Positions 37,483 to 51,269 are shown, counted from the first letter of the stretch. The stretch is 64,000 bases of DNA from Octopus vulgaris (GCA_951406725.2 OX597817.1:32612001-32676000), one strand, 5' to 3'. Translations and numbers: made by a program. Notes: generated from the letters alone by a model not told the origin.

Positions 37483-38779
37483 AAAATTTAAAAAACAAAA
37501 CAAAAAAAAACAAACCTTTTTTTTTATTCAAACACTAAATCATCTAGAAATTTGAACCATAAAAAAACAAACAAAATATAGCAATTACATCGTAGAAGAG
37601 CGATCTGGTCACTAACACAATTCCACTGCAATTGGAATTGTGTTAATGACTAGGTATCCAGTGACGTGATGAAAACTTTGATAGGTCACAAAATATATTA
37701 AAAGTGAATGTAAGTTTTTTTGTGTTTTGTAAATGGTTAAAATGGCTTTTCTATGATGTAATTGTTTCAGTTCCAAAATATGGCTTCAGATCAAGTCACT
37801 TCTGAAAAAGAAAAGAACGAAAAAATCCTGTATGCAGCTTAAGCAAGATGCTCAAGTTTCCAGTTCTCAAATGTAACAGTGGGGGAAAGGAGGAGAAGTA
37901 TGAAGAAAAATATGAGTGAATTTTTAGCAATGAAAATTTGAATTGATTTATAATTATTCCTCAAACTGATATTCATACAGTAGATATATTCCCTGGTTAT
38001 TAAGCTTGAGATTTTTTTACTTCCAAGCCCAGAGCAAGTGTTACTCTGAAATAGAATTGTGGACAGAAAGTAAACTTGTGTGTTTATAGTATGTATATGT
38101 ATGTGTGTGTGTGTGTGTGTGTATTTGCATATAAGCACATGTAGATCAATATATGTAAAATTACTAAAAAAATTAATTTTTTTCCTTCTATTTTTACAAA
38201 CTTTAAGAATGTTATTGATGGTTCTCTTGGAAATTTAACATATGGTATGTAAACTAAGTTTCAATGAAAAACAGGAAAAAAGTTTTAGTTGCGTATTTGA
38301 TTGATTCTTTTAACTGTAGCACACAGTCTGATGTTTACTGCTGTTTTTACAGAGGTTTTATTCCTTCCAAGTTGCTGACAATTGGGTTTGAGGAAGTATG
38401 TAAGAAACAAATACTGGTTTATTAAAGATTATAAGGACGAAAGATAATTTCTTCTAAATGAAAGCCTAAATACTGTATAGGGTATTCTATCTTGTAATAA
38501 GGGCACACATACTATCACTTTAACATCTGGCTCTAAATCAGTGTTTCTTAACCTGGATGGCAACACTCCTGGTGGTGACATTGTAAACTTACAGGGAAGC
38601 ACTAGTGGGTTAGAGAGGTTGTGATTTTTCTTAGAAATATATTATTTAAATCAGTTATGGTACTTATACTTTAAATGCATTAAAAAATATATTTGTTGGG
38701 ATTAGAATATGAATAGGATATTGTGTTAATAGTTGATGTGACTGATGAATGTACTAAGATCCAGTATGATTTCATTAGA

Positions 38780-39235
38780 TAAGTCCTCACCTTCGACGGC
38801 CTGCTGTGCTAACCTTGGATCGTAGAATGACCCACTGTGCTTGAGGAGACCTATTGAGTCAAGTACATCAACATCAAAATAAAAATCAAATGGAAATTGT
38901 AGTTATGATACCCATGCCGGTGGTGTGTAAAAAGCGCCATCCGAACGTGGCTGATGCCAGCATCGCCTGACTGACATCCGTGTCAGTGACACGTAAAATG
39001 CACCAGCCGATTGTGGCCATCTGCTAGCCTCCACTTGCTCCTGTGCCGGTGGTACGTAAAAAGCACCCACTACACTCACGGAGTGGTTGGCGTTAGGAAG
39101 GGGATCCAGTTGTAGAAACACTGCCAGATCAGACTGGAGCCTGGTGCAGCCTCCTGGCTTCCCAGACCCCGGTCGAACTGTCCAACCCATGCTAGCATGG
39201 AAAACGGATGTTAAACAATGATGATGATGATGATG
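38780..39235 (+). mobile_element. (GAT)n-tailed retroposon family D
   Basis: GGTGGCACGTAAAAAGCACC repeats, TTGGCGTTAGGAAGGGCATCCAG core, (GAT)n tail; many copies in the window. Confidence 0.85.
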
Positions 39236-39344
39236 AGACACTAGTTCATGCAAAATATCTAAAAAATGACATATGCAGGATGGGACTATGCAAAATACTA
39301 CGGATAGTAAAACTCCGGATGGAACAGTACAAGAAAAATATGGA

Positions 39345-39740
39345 CGGGATGGCTGTGTGGTAAGAAGTTTGCTTCCCAACCACACGGTTCCAGGTTCTGT
39401 CCCGCTGTGTAGCACCTTGAGCAAAGTGTCCTTTACTATTGCCTTGGGCCGACCAAAACCTTGTGAGTGAATTTGGTAGATGGAAACTGAAAGAATCTCA
39501 TCATGTGTGTGTACGTATCTGTGCTTGATTTTGTCCCCCCCCCACCGTTTGACAACAGTTGTTGGTGTGTTTACATCCCTGTAACTTAGCTGTTCAACAA
39601 AAGACACTGATAGAATATGCACCAGGCTTAAAAATTACATATTGGGGTTGATCTGTTTGACTAAAATTCTTCAAGGTGGTGCCCCAGCATGGCCACAGTT
39701 TAATGACTGAAAGAAATAAAAATAAAAGAATAAAAGAATA
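39345..39740 (+). mobile_element. SINE family B (older)
   Basis: Full-length, CpG-decayed. Confidence 0.85.
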
Positions 39741-40806
39741 ATAAATCACTGTATAAAATTTGCTTTTGCTTAATTAAAATAATCTGTAGCTATTATTATT
39801 ATTATTATTATTATTTTTTTTTTTTTGCAAAACATTCAAAGGTGGGATTTATAAAACACCATACAGTGAAAGGGTTAAAGCTGGATAATCAACACGTGGT
39901 GTTAGATTTCAGCAATATTTCCTCAATTTGTCATTTTTTGTTCATCCTGCCATCCAGAGCGTCAAATTAATTATTCTTAAAGCTGTTAGTGAGATTTCTT
40001 ATATTGATCTCTTACATTGACACAGTAATCTTGAATTTGTAGTAGTCATATAATTGATTGAAACAATTCCAGTAGCTGATTATTCTAACTTTGATCCACC
40101 TACCCCATGTCCTCCCCTGGAGGAATTAGACCCTGGCAGGTTTGGAAGCAGAATGTAAAGGGGTGTAATGAACCATTGCTATGCATTTTATACAATGTTG
40201 TCAATAATTAGAGCTAAATAGTATTAGTGTCACTTCTATCACTGTCATCTCTAGATAGAATTTCTGCCAATTGGTTGCACGATGGGTGTTATATTTCCAT
40301 AGAAAGGTACAAAAATTATTCATGTGTAAGAATTTGAGAAAAGGAATTTTGGCTTTTGCATACAACAGGGCTGGGACTGTAATGAGAATATTAAATTGCA
40401 CATAGATAAAATCAAAATTTGCTATAATTTTTACTTCTTTTTCTTTTCTCTTTTTGGAAAGGTAATGATAAAATTGGTTTAATTGGTATTTGGGTTCATA
40501 CCTCTACTACGGTATTAACTTATGCTTAGCATCATTTGAAATTAATCATCATCATCATTGTCATTTAATATCCTGGGATGATTTGACAGTATCTTATGAA
40601 TCAAAAGATTCATGCACCATTGGCTACTTTAGCATGGTTTCTGCAGTTGGATGCCTTTCCTAATGTCTGTCACTTTAAAGAATGTACTAGTTGCTTTTTC
40701 CATGGTACAAGCACTAGTGATGATTATTAAAAAAATGTTTGTTAGGAGTTTAAAGGCTTTAGTATTATTGCTAATATAAGTAGAGTATTAATATATATAT
40801 ATATAT

Positions 40807-40943
40807 AGGGAAAGTTCACGAAAAAACAAAAAACGAAGACAGGTGGTGTACAAACAAACAGATGTATTAGTATAACGCTCAAGAATAGAAAAAGTATTTT
40901 ACGTTTCGAGCCTACGCTCTTCTACAGAAAGGGACACAGAAAG
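40807..40943 (-). mobile_element. Truncated mini-element with variant minimal HHR at 40897-40930
   Basis: TTT-CTGTAGA-A-GAGC-GTAG-GCTC-GAAA-CG-TA-AAA; abuts (TA)n. Confidence 0.55.
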
Positions 40944-40944
40944 T

Positions 40945-41373
40945 GGCCGATGCCAGTGCTGCCTGACTGGCTCCTGTACTGGTGGCACACAATAAGCACC
41001 ATTTATGCATGGGTCATTGCCATGCTGGCTCCCCATGCTGGCTCCCCATGCTGGTGGCATGTAAAAAGTACCATTCAAATGTGGTTGATGTCAGCCCCCC
41101 CTACCCCGAATAGCTCCTGTGCCAGTAGCATGTAAAAAGTACCATCTGAACATGGCCGATCTAGTACTGCCTGACTAGCTCCTGTGCTGGTGGCACGTAA
41201 AAAGCACCCACTATACTCTCAGAGTGGTTGGCATTAGGAAGGGCATCCAGCTATAGAAACATTTGCCAGATCAGATTGGAGCCTGGTGCGGCCTCCTGGC
41301 TTGCCAGTCCCCAATCAAACCCAGGCCAGCATGGAAAACGGACATTAAACAACAACAAAAACAATGATGATGA
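40945..41373 (+). mobile_element. Retroposon family D
   Basis: Same repeats, core and tail as 38780. Confidence 0.85.
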
Positions 41374-43829
41374 TATATATATATATATATATATTTCTAT
41401 TTCTGTTATTGTTTTCTCAATATTCTCCTACAACCTCCTACTATAATTTTTTTCCTCTCAATATTTCTGTACCTCTGCAAACAATATTGTTCTTTATCAC
41501 ACACTTTTATTATTGTCATGGCAATCAAACATTCTTATTATAGAACTCTTGTTTGTTGAAATCAATTCAAAGGTTGGTATCACATTAGGATCTCTGTAAA
41601 GACTGTTCTAAAAATATCATTCGACCTGAGGAAAGAAAGAAAGCGGTAAAAAAAACTATTTTGTTTTCAATAGATCAACTGAACACTTCAAGTGTATTAA
41701 AATGTCTTCCATCAACTTCAAACCTATTTATTAGTATGATTTCATTTTATTAAATGTTTTAACTTAGGGAATACATGTTCTGCATGGATGGCATCTTGGT
41801 ATTTGGTATCTAAGGAATTAACTTCTTTACTATAAAAATCCCAATGAAATTGATATTAATCATGAAATTCCTGATACCTGAAGCATATAATCTGTTCTTG
41901 TTTTATTTAAATAGCTCTTCACAGTTTCCTTGGTTTTAATCCTTGCATGTGTTATAGTGTCCTTATCATAAGAATTGTTAAAGAATACCATCTCTTCACT
42001 ACCTTCATTGACTCCCATTTAATGAAGGTAGGAATTTCAATATAACAGTGTAAAACATGAAGCTTTTAAGAAGATAAAGTAGGCTCAGTTCTAAATTGTG
42101 TCAGAGGCAATCTGTTCATTTAAAAATGTTTGATGAAACTGAGTAATATGATGCTTTATCTAAGACATATGTTTGGCACTTATAATAAAGCTACTCAATT
42201 TTATGGCATATGGTATAATGTTGATTGATGGTGGAATAACTGAACTATATATAAGGAAAAGAAACATGTTAATGTATTGTTGTTGTTGATGTTGTTGTTG
42301 TGATTGGGACTGTATGGCAGCAGAAAGTTCTTAGCCAATCAGTTTTGGTTTCCTAGAATTGGAACTACTTTACTTGGATTACACGAATGTTACAATTCCC
42401 CATTTTCTCTCTCTTAAAATTCTCAGATTTATGTGTGAATAAGAGTGTATTTGACAGTTTTGTAAGAGTAGAAACAGACGATAATATTCTCATCTCTCAC
42501 AGAATGTACCCTCCAAGGGCTGGGATATATATATAAACATCCCTGCTTTAATGTCCACATTTCCATGCTTGCATGGGTTAGATGGAATTTATTGGGGCAG
42601 AATTTCTATGGTTGGATACCTTCCCTGTTGCCAAGCAATACCAGTTTCTAAGCAAGTTCCATGGTCAAACAGGTTTTCACAGGATATTGGAAATAAATAA
42701 CATTTATTTACAACAATCCCATGACGTCAAAACAAGGAGGTCCAAATGCGTACGCATGCATATGCACACACACGCACACACACATGCATGCATGTAACAG
42801 CCTTCTTTCAGTTTCTATCTACTAAATCCACTCACAAGGCTTTGGTTGGCCCAGAGATATAGTCGAAGATGCTTGCCCAAGGTGCCATATGGTGGGACTG
42901 AACCTGAAACTATGTAGGTTGGAAACAAACTTCTTAACCATAGAACTATACCTAGTCTTTAATAAGACAATACAAACTTCTGATAATTAGATGTTACAAT
43001 GAGTGATAGGTCTTGAACAAAAAAAAACCCAAAGCAAATTTTTCTCTTCGTGAAAGAGAAAAGAGTGAAGGTATAAGGAGTTTGTCTGTTGAACCTTAAA
43101 AACAGATTCAAGGCAATAAAAGTATCAAACAAGATATAGTATACATCCATAGATATAAATATCTGTAAATATGGAGATATGCCTTGCCTAGTGTATATAT
43201 ATACTTAAAGTATATTGGACATATGGTGAAACCTGTCCCTCTCCAGATATGATCACTGTTGATTTCTTCTGGAGAGAAATATTGAGGGAAGGTGAATTGA
43301 CCCCTGTATGGATTCATCATCATCATCAACCCCTGGACATTACTGCTTTGAGCCTAAGGACTTATGAGGCTGATTACCTGGTATCCATGGTAACTGAGGC
43401 TACAACATTTTTCATGACTTGGATGCCAATCTGTCAAAGGGTTACTCATTTACAGCCGAATGGACTGGAGCAACGTGAAATGAATTGTTTTGAGCAAGAA
43501 TACAACACAACACTTGGTTAAGGAATCAAAGCCATGGTCTAGCAGTCAGGAACACCCTAAGCACTAAGCATGGCCCAAGATTGGTACTTCATTTATTAAT
43601 TGCACTCTGAAGGGATATAATGTGAAATTGACCTCATTGAGGTATGAATTGGGAGTGCTGAGAGCCAGTCACAAGGCAGTCTATCCACCTCTGTAATGAC
43701 TTAATTTGTGATCCTCTATAGATACATATAGGTTTTACTACATAAAACTTTTGTCTTCCATAGCCTCAGGTTAACCAATACATTGAGACTAGAAGTCCAT
43801 TGTGTGTGTGTACATCTCTCTCTCTATAT

Positions 43830-44025
43830 ATGTGACCGCGTGTGTACCGTTGGCGATTTTTTTCCCTCTGTCTTCCCTTCTCTGGATCTTTCCTTCTATG
43901 TTTCCGACGAAGAGCTCCACTCGAAACGTTAAACCCTCCTTCTTTCCTGAGCGTCCAATAATACTATATTTGTTTCACATCTTCGCGTTGTTGTGTTTTT
44001 TTGTGCTTTCTTGTTTGGATTAACT
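43830..44025 (+). mobile_element. Mini-element with minimal HHR at 43900-43934
   Basis: GTTT-CCGACGA-A-GAGCTCCACTC-GAAA-CG-TT-AAAC; TA-flanked. Confidence 0.75.
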
Positions 44026-45575
44026 ATATATATATATATATATATATATGCTAGCATGGGAAGCAGGCGTTAAACAATGATGAATATATATATATATATA
44101 TATTGATCAGATAATCATAGTAGTCTACAATAAGATAGACCCTTATTTTGTAGTATATTAAGTAAAATAATTTTGTAAAATTATTCTATGTGAATTAGAC
44201 TATTAGTTTTGTGAAATATTTTGTGTGTATATTTTTATATATTATATTATCATATATAGAACTGCTTAAGAAGTGGTCGGGTCGAACCCGAGACAAAGGA
44301 TAAGAATTAAGATATAAAACTCAAATTAGGGAATCAATTTTTTTATACATGCCCACATACCCATTCAGTTATAAATTCGACTTAAACTGCATATATATAT
44401 ATATATATATATATAAATGCATATCAACATATATGAATATATATTTTTATATATATATTTATATTAAAAAAAATATTTATATATGTCGATATGTATTAAT
44501 ATATATATAAAGGGTAAAGACCCCCTTCGGTCATGAATGACCATGGGATTGCACCTAGAAAGTTAGCCTCCCAATATATATATATATATATAGATGCATT
44601 TTAAGTTGAATTTATTACTGTATGGGTATGTGTAAAAAAATTGATTGCCTAATTTGAGTTTATATCTTAATCCTTAGAGACTGAGCTAGAGATAGGTACG
44701 TAGGTGTATATATATATTTTTTTTTGTACTTGTTTCAGTCATTTGACTGCGGCCATGCTGGAGCACCGCCTTTAGAGTGGTGAAAGAGTACAGCAGGGAT
44801 CACCACCACCATCCCTGCCGGAGCCTCGTGGAGCTTTTAGGTGTTTTCGCTCAATAAACACACACAACGCCCGGTCTGGGAATCGAAACCGCGATCCTCC
44901 GACCGCAAGTCCGCTGCCCTAACCACTAGGCCATTGCGCCTCCACATATAAATACTATATGTTACATACAATTGTGTGGGTGGGTGTATATATATGTACA
45001 TGCACAAACCACATTATATTTATATAAATGTGTGTGTGTATATATATTATATAGTTTTAGATTTCTTTTATTCTTCTCTTCTCTTCTATAATGGTCTTCT
45101 CTTCATTGGCAGGACTGTGGGAAATTTTACCTTTTTTTTCTATCCTCCATAACTAAGGCTTGGGGTGTGATCTATTATTACGAAAGCTGAATCTATTTCT
45201 AACCAGACACAGCTATGTTTGTAGATAAACTTTGGAATACGGTATTTCTTCCATTCCAAAACAAGTCTATATAAAGTTTAGACATTTATCGTATCAGTAT
45301 GAATATTGCAAGCTTTGTTTGATCGCTTGTTTGTTTATTCTTTTATTAAGACTCCATTCTTTGTCATATGTTCTGAAATAAATGGTTGAAAGAAAAAGAA
45401 AAACAGAAACCCAGATGTGAGGATATTTTTTTATTTTTATATCTTTATAAGTATGTATGTCTTGCTCTGACAGTGTCTTTCATCATCATCATCATCATCA
45501 TCATCATATTTATAAAAATAATGATAAAAATACCTGACATAGACATTCGTTTACAATGCTATGCACATTTATCGA

Positions 45576-45606
<31 letters not shown>

Positions 45607-46397
45607 CTGCATTTTCTATAGTTCATCCATCTGTTTGCCTCTCTGCGTCTGTGTGTACTTGTGTATGTATAATATATGGAGTTTGTATGTAGATTAACTT
45701 AACTCATAAAACTTGTATTAACTTAAAAACAACAAAATGGCGTCTACCCAGCATGGTCACAGCCAACTAGTAAAAGAATATATAACCTATTGTTTTGAAT
45801 TTAAAACATTGTTATTTTTTTATTATTTATTCACTTTTATTATTATTTTTCATTCAACACGGTTGAACCAAAAACCATTCTTTTGAAATAAATGAAGATA
45901 AAAAATATGAAGAATCCACTTTATCTGAAGTTGTATAAGTTTTTTGTCTGTTTTGGATACACTGTTTTAAAATTTTTTTTATATGAATGGAAATATTAAA
46001 CAGCCAAAATATTTTCCATGTGTCACATGATGATCATTTTAATGTTTTTTTTTTTCTGTTGTGATGTGTGTTGAAAAAGTTTGCATATCATCATAGCTGA
46101 TCTTACTCTTTTGTCATCACATCTGTGAGACCCAGTATCTTGAGATCTGACCTTACCACTTCGATACATAGCATTTTTTCACATAATGCTCATCATTCAT
46201 TCACATGACATGTCCAAACGAGTGCTTCTGTTTGACTTCAATTCCGAAGCTACTCTCTCTCTACCTCTCATGCTGGAATGAGGTGTTTGGAAGAGGCTTG
46301 TTAGGACACTGACCATTTGACATAACTGACTGGACATTCAACTTGTTTTGGTGACAGTATGTTTTAGCACTGGAGGCAAATGCACACCACTTGCATG

Positions 46398-46870
46398 TCA
46401 TCATCATTATCGTTTAACATCCGCTTTCCATGCTAGCATGGGTTGGACGAATGACTGAAGGCTGGCGAACCAGATGGCTGCACCAGGCTTCATTCTTGAT
46501 CTGGCAGTGTTTCTATAGCTGGATGCCCTTCCTAATGCCAACCACTCCGAGAGTGTAGTGGGTGCTTTTACATGCCAGTCAGGCGGTACTGGCAACGACC
46601 TCGCTCGAATCTTTTACACATGCCACCGGCACAGGTTCCAGTAAGACGATTCTGGTAACGATCACGCTCGAATGGTGTCTTTTACGTGCCACCAGCACGG
46701 AGGCCAGATAGCTGCTCTGGCAACGATCACGCTCAGATGGTGCTCTTAATACCCTACTAGCACGGGGCTCGAGTGCCAGTAAGGCGATGCTGATAACGGT
46801 CACACTCGAATGGTGCCTTTTAAGTGCCACTGGTACGGAAGCCGGTTAGCTGCTCTGTCAGTGATCACAC
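46398..46870 (-). mobile_element. Retroposon family D
   Basis: (CAT)n start on plus strand, core and tandem repeats. Confidence 0.85.
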
Positions 46871-47161
46871 GTGCAGAAATATACACATACAGATAGAGAG
46901 AGGGAGAGATCTTACACGTACATATGAACATAACTAGATGTTCACATACATAAACAGAGTGAAAGATTAATTGTCTGATATCAAGTAAGTTAGAGTTGCA
47001 TCAGCAATGTCAAATATGTGGCTCCAGAACAACTTTGACAAAATGTTTCTTACCCCTTTCATACAGTTAATTTCTCTCATCCAATGGATCACAATTGTCT
47101 TATTTCTTTCAGCCACGACAGATTTTTCTATACTCAATATCCATGTCTCAGTACCTTATAG

Positions 47162-47448
47162 CAATGGTTCCCAAAGTGGGCAGTATTGCCCCTCACCTGG
47201 GGGTGGGTGGGTGGACAGTTCCAAGGGGTTGTTCAAGAAAAGTGGGGTGATAATGGGGTGGCGATTCATGTAAAAGCAACAAAATTATGGGTTCATTAAG
47301 TTTTATTTGTGAAATGCAATTGCTTTGATATTTGTTTCAGAAAGAAGTCTAAATTTGTGATGGTTAGTCGGAGTGGGGGGGGGGGCGCACTAAGAATGTG
47401 GCCGAGGTATCAAGGGGGTAGCAGCCTGAAAATATTTGGGAATCACTG
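47162..47448. mobile_element. hAT MITE
   Basis: TIR CARTGGTTCCCAA; 8-bp TSD CCTTA(T/C)AG; relative at 60816. Confidence 0.8.
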
Positions 47449-47580
47449 CCTTACAGCATCACATACTTTACACAGGCTTCTATGGAGTCTATTTTTTTTT
47501 TACACAGAAAGAGAAACTCTTTGTCGCCAGCAGAGGAAACATATGTAACACTTCATACTTACCTTACTATATACTAATAC

Positions 47581-48013
47581 AGTTCTGTATTTAAGAGAGG
47601 AGGAATTATATACATTATTTACATTTGACGGATATTTGTCCTCATCTTGTTTGTTGATAACACAACATTTCATCTGATATACCCTCTAGCCTTCATCAGG
47701 TGTCTTGGGGAAATTTCGAACCTGGGTTCTCATTCCTAAGGTATCTTCCGATATTATTATTATTCAGGTCACTGCCTGGAATCGAACTTAAAATCTTGGT
47801 TTGGTAGCCCGCGCTCTTAACCACTACACCATATGCCCGCAGGCACTGACCGTAATAATAGTAATAATAATAACATCGAAAGATACCTTAGGAATGAGAA
47901 CCCAGGTTCGAAATTTCCCCAAGACACCTGATGAAGGCTGGAGGGTATATCAGCCGAAATGTTGTGTTAACAACAAACAAGATGAGGACAGATATCTGTC
48001 AAATGTAAATAAT
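47581..48013 (-). mobile_element. tRNA-headed, hammerhead-bearing PLE-type element
   Basis: 17-bp TSD, 33-bp tail, about 150-bp inverted arms, Pol III A/B boxes at 47838-47765. Confidence 0.8.
47923..47968 (+). ncRNA. Minimal type I hammerhead motif (mirror at 47659-47704, minus)
   Basis: GACAC-CTGATGA-A-GGCTG-GAGGGTATAT-CAGCC-GAAA-TG-TT-GTGTT. Confidence 0.75.
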
Positions 48014-48346
48014 TTACTATATACTAGTACTACAACCATCTTTAGTGATAATGAAATCATGCAGATGACAAAAATTATCTACATCTAGAAAGCCACATCA
48101 GTATTCATGGATATATCAGAAGTATATTTTATGCTTGCTCCAATAAATTTATTATATCTGTAGTCTCCAGCTTCCTGTCAATTTCCCAGAGATATTAGAT
48201 CTTTTGTGTACCGATCATTTGAATTGCTTGAGTACTCAGTGCCAAGTTTCAATCTGTTTCTTTGGAATATGTCAAGCATGGCTATTTCCCAGTTGATACA
48301 GATGTCTTGCATTCTGTTACAAATTGATATTTTCTCTGATGTTGGT

Positions 48347-48653
48347 GGTATTCCTTTGTTCTAACTCGACAAAACCATAACAAGACCTCGGTTGTTTCCG
48401 TGACAACTCGACTCCATGACCTCTGTGACTGTGTGCATGATCTGTTTTTATGTATTTATGTATTGTGGAATATAGATATAACGAAATTATGCCAGCAAAA
48501 AGCCTTGCATATTTGTTCTTACCTGCTTCATGTGTGTATGTAAAATCCACAAATTTTCGGAGGTCACAAAAATACCTGAAGTGAATTGTCAAGTTGTCAT
48601 GGAAACAACCGAGGTCTTGTTATGGTTTTGTCGAGTTAAAACAAAGGAATGCC
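48347..48653. mobile_element. Merlin-like MITE
   Basis: About 66-bp TIRs starting GGYATTCC; 8-bp TSD ATGTTGGT. Confidence 0.85.
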
Positions 48654-49656
48654 ATGTTGGTCTTCAAGCCTTTGAGTTATACACCATTCTTCTGTGTTAG
48701 GAACATTTTCAATAATACTCTAACAGATTCAGCAATGAAAACTAGATCAGTCTGATAAGTTACCAAAGGCAGTCAGCCCTGAAATCAAATTTTTTTGTTT
48801 CAAAATTTGTGAGTGAATTTGGTACTTGGAAACTGTGTGGAAGCCTGCCACATTTTATAATTTATATTTATATTTGTGCTTCTTCCTTCTCTGCCACTTG
48901 ACAACTGATGTTGGTTTGTTTGTCCTCATAACATAGTAGTTTAGCACAATTAAAAATAGGTACTTGGGTTATTTGTTTGATGAAACCTTGTCCAATGGCT
49001 GAAAAAATATTACATATGAATGGATGTGTGTGTATTTATAAACTGTTGTGCATAACATTGATAACATATATACAAATATAGCATGCTGATAACTAATATT
49101 TTATCTTAGAGAAATTTCTCAAAATGACTCATATTAAAAAAATACATGTGTAACTTGGAATGTTGTTGTTGTTGGATCGTTTTTCATCGTGTTTCAATTG
49201 GATTTGGTCTTCTCAGTGGCAGACACCTCTGGACATTCTGAACTAAGCTAAAAAATATTTCTTCCAATGTAGAAATCAGAAAATAAACATTCAGTGATTT
49301 GTGCATTTGAAACAGCATTAAAGTTCTATGACACATGTCTCTTTGAAAAGTTTCTCTGAGACAAAATATTATATTTAGCGACATACCATTTTTGTATATA
49401 CATTATACATGTTATATACATTGTTACATGCACACATATCACAAGCGTTCAGACAAAAATGGTGTTTAGATAGCCATTTGTGTGTGTGTGTGTGCGTGTG
49501 CGCATGCATGTGTATAAAAATGTGTGTGTATAATTATATATGTATTTGTGTTGTGTATTTGTATATGTGTATGTGTGTATATATATATATGTAAGTATAT
49601 ATGTATTTGTATTGTGTATTTGTATGCATGTGTGTGTGTATGTGATATATATATAT

Positions 49657-50178
49657 TTGCTTGTGAAGACATGTTGGGGCCAGCGAAATCGAAATCGAAT
49701 TGAACCAGCCAGGATCCCTGGTCTGGTGGTACGTAAAAAGCACTATCCGACTCGCGGCCGTGGCACGTAAAATACTCCAATGCGACCGTACGAGAGGCAC
49801 CCATGCCAACCCCCTTTGCTTGTGAAGACATGTTGGGGCAAGCGAAATCGAAATCGAATTGAACCAGCCAGGATCCCTGGTCTGGTGGTACGTAAAAAGC
49901 ACTGCCAGCACCGCCTCGACTGGCTTCCGTGCCGGTGGCACATAAAATACACCAATCTGACCGTGGCCGTTGCCAGCCCCGCCTGGCACCTGTGCAGGTG
50001 GCACGTAAAAAGCACCCACTACACTCACGGAGTGGTTGGCGTTAGGAAGGGCATCCAGCTGTAGAAACATTGCCAGATTAGACTGGAGCCTGGTGCAGCC
50101 TTCTGGCTTCCCAGAACCCTGGTCGAACTGTCCAACCCATGCTAGCATGGAGAACGGACGTTAAACGATGATGATGAT
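49657..50178 (+). mobile_element. Retroposon family D with duplicated 5' module
   Basis: TTTGCTTGTGAAGACATGTTGGGGC module at 49657 and 49816; (GAT)n tail. Confidence 0.85.
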
Positions 50179-50399
50179 ATCACATACATACATACATACA
50201 TACAAATACATATATACTTACATATGTATATACACACAAACACGCACATATATATCATATATGATCAGTTTATCAATGATGACAATAGTGAGTTTGACGT
50301 TAGTAACAAATTCTGTTTTCTTTTTTTTTTTGTCATGTCTCCTAGAAACATGTAAAAAATAATATAGGCAACCACTTCAGATACTTTTCCAAAGATTAC

Positions 50400-50610
50400 C
50401 TGATAATGGCAGACTCTGTTTCTCTCAAAGAACTTCAAAGATAGTATAATATATCTTATCCACAAGAGGCAGCAGAGTAGATGTTGAAAATTACAGGCCT
50501 ATATCTCCGACTTTACAAATCAACACACTCATTGAATGAATTATCAGAAACTGATGTATGTTCTTAGAAGAAAATAACTGGTTTGGTGATAACATGGTTC
50601 ATGGAAACTT
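50400..50610 (+). pseudogene. LINE RT fragment
   Basis: IHK..SRVDVENYRPISPT motif, frameshifted. Confidence 0.6.
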
Positions 50611-50832
50611 GACTTTGGATTGAAGCAGCTGCTTAGATAGTCAAACATTGATGTGTTATTTAAAAAAGCAAACAAAACAAATACATTTTTACTCATACGC
50701 TCATAATGCCATCTGTATGCAGAACAATAGCTTGCGTTAATGTGTTTGATGTAGTCAACATTTAAAAATATAATTTGAATTATGTAGTAAGGAAAAGGCA
50801 ATATTTTGTTTGAAGACATTATTTTTAATAAA

Positions 50833-51233
50833 CTAGCAGTTATAGCCCGGCGTTGCTCAGGTTTGTTTTGACCCTTTAGAATTGGAATTTTTGAAAAATA
50901 AAAATTTTGCATTATGTAGCTTGTTATTCTCTTTAAGTGAACATTTTTCTGGTTGAAATACCCCGAAAAGTGACGACACAGCAGTCAAAAAATCATAAAA
51001 AATAGGGATTTTCATAGAAAAAAAAGCACCTTTTTGATGTAAATAGGATACATGTAAATAATGGTGTAAGTAAGAGACTTGTAAATAATGGTGTTAGCAT
51101 GGTCCGATTTGAAGTTTTTCTTCTACGGAATGAAAAGCAAGCCTTCTATCATACTCTCAATTTTGGTCAACTTGCACAGCAGGGTCTAGGAGGAAATAGT
51201 GTTAGTTGACACACACACAGACAACTTCAGCTT

Positions 51234-51240
<7 letters not shown>
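50833..51240 (-). mobile_element. Non-autonomous Helitron
   Basis: ACTAG..GCCCGGCGTTGCTCAGG is the reverse of hairpin plus CTAG end; the other end merges into (TA)n. Confidence 0.75.

Positions 51241-51269
<29 letters not shown>

Noticed and set aside
38903-39622. 239-aa ORF (also 49534-50148)
   Set aside because: Read-through of adjacent SINE/retroposon copies; no domain; the same peptides recur in other repeat copies.
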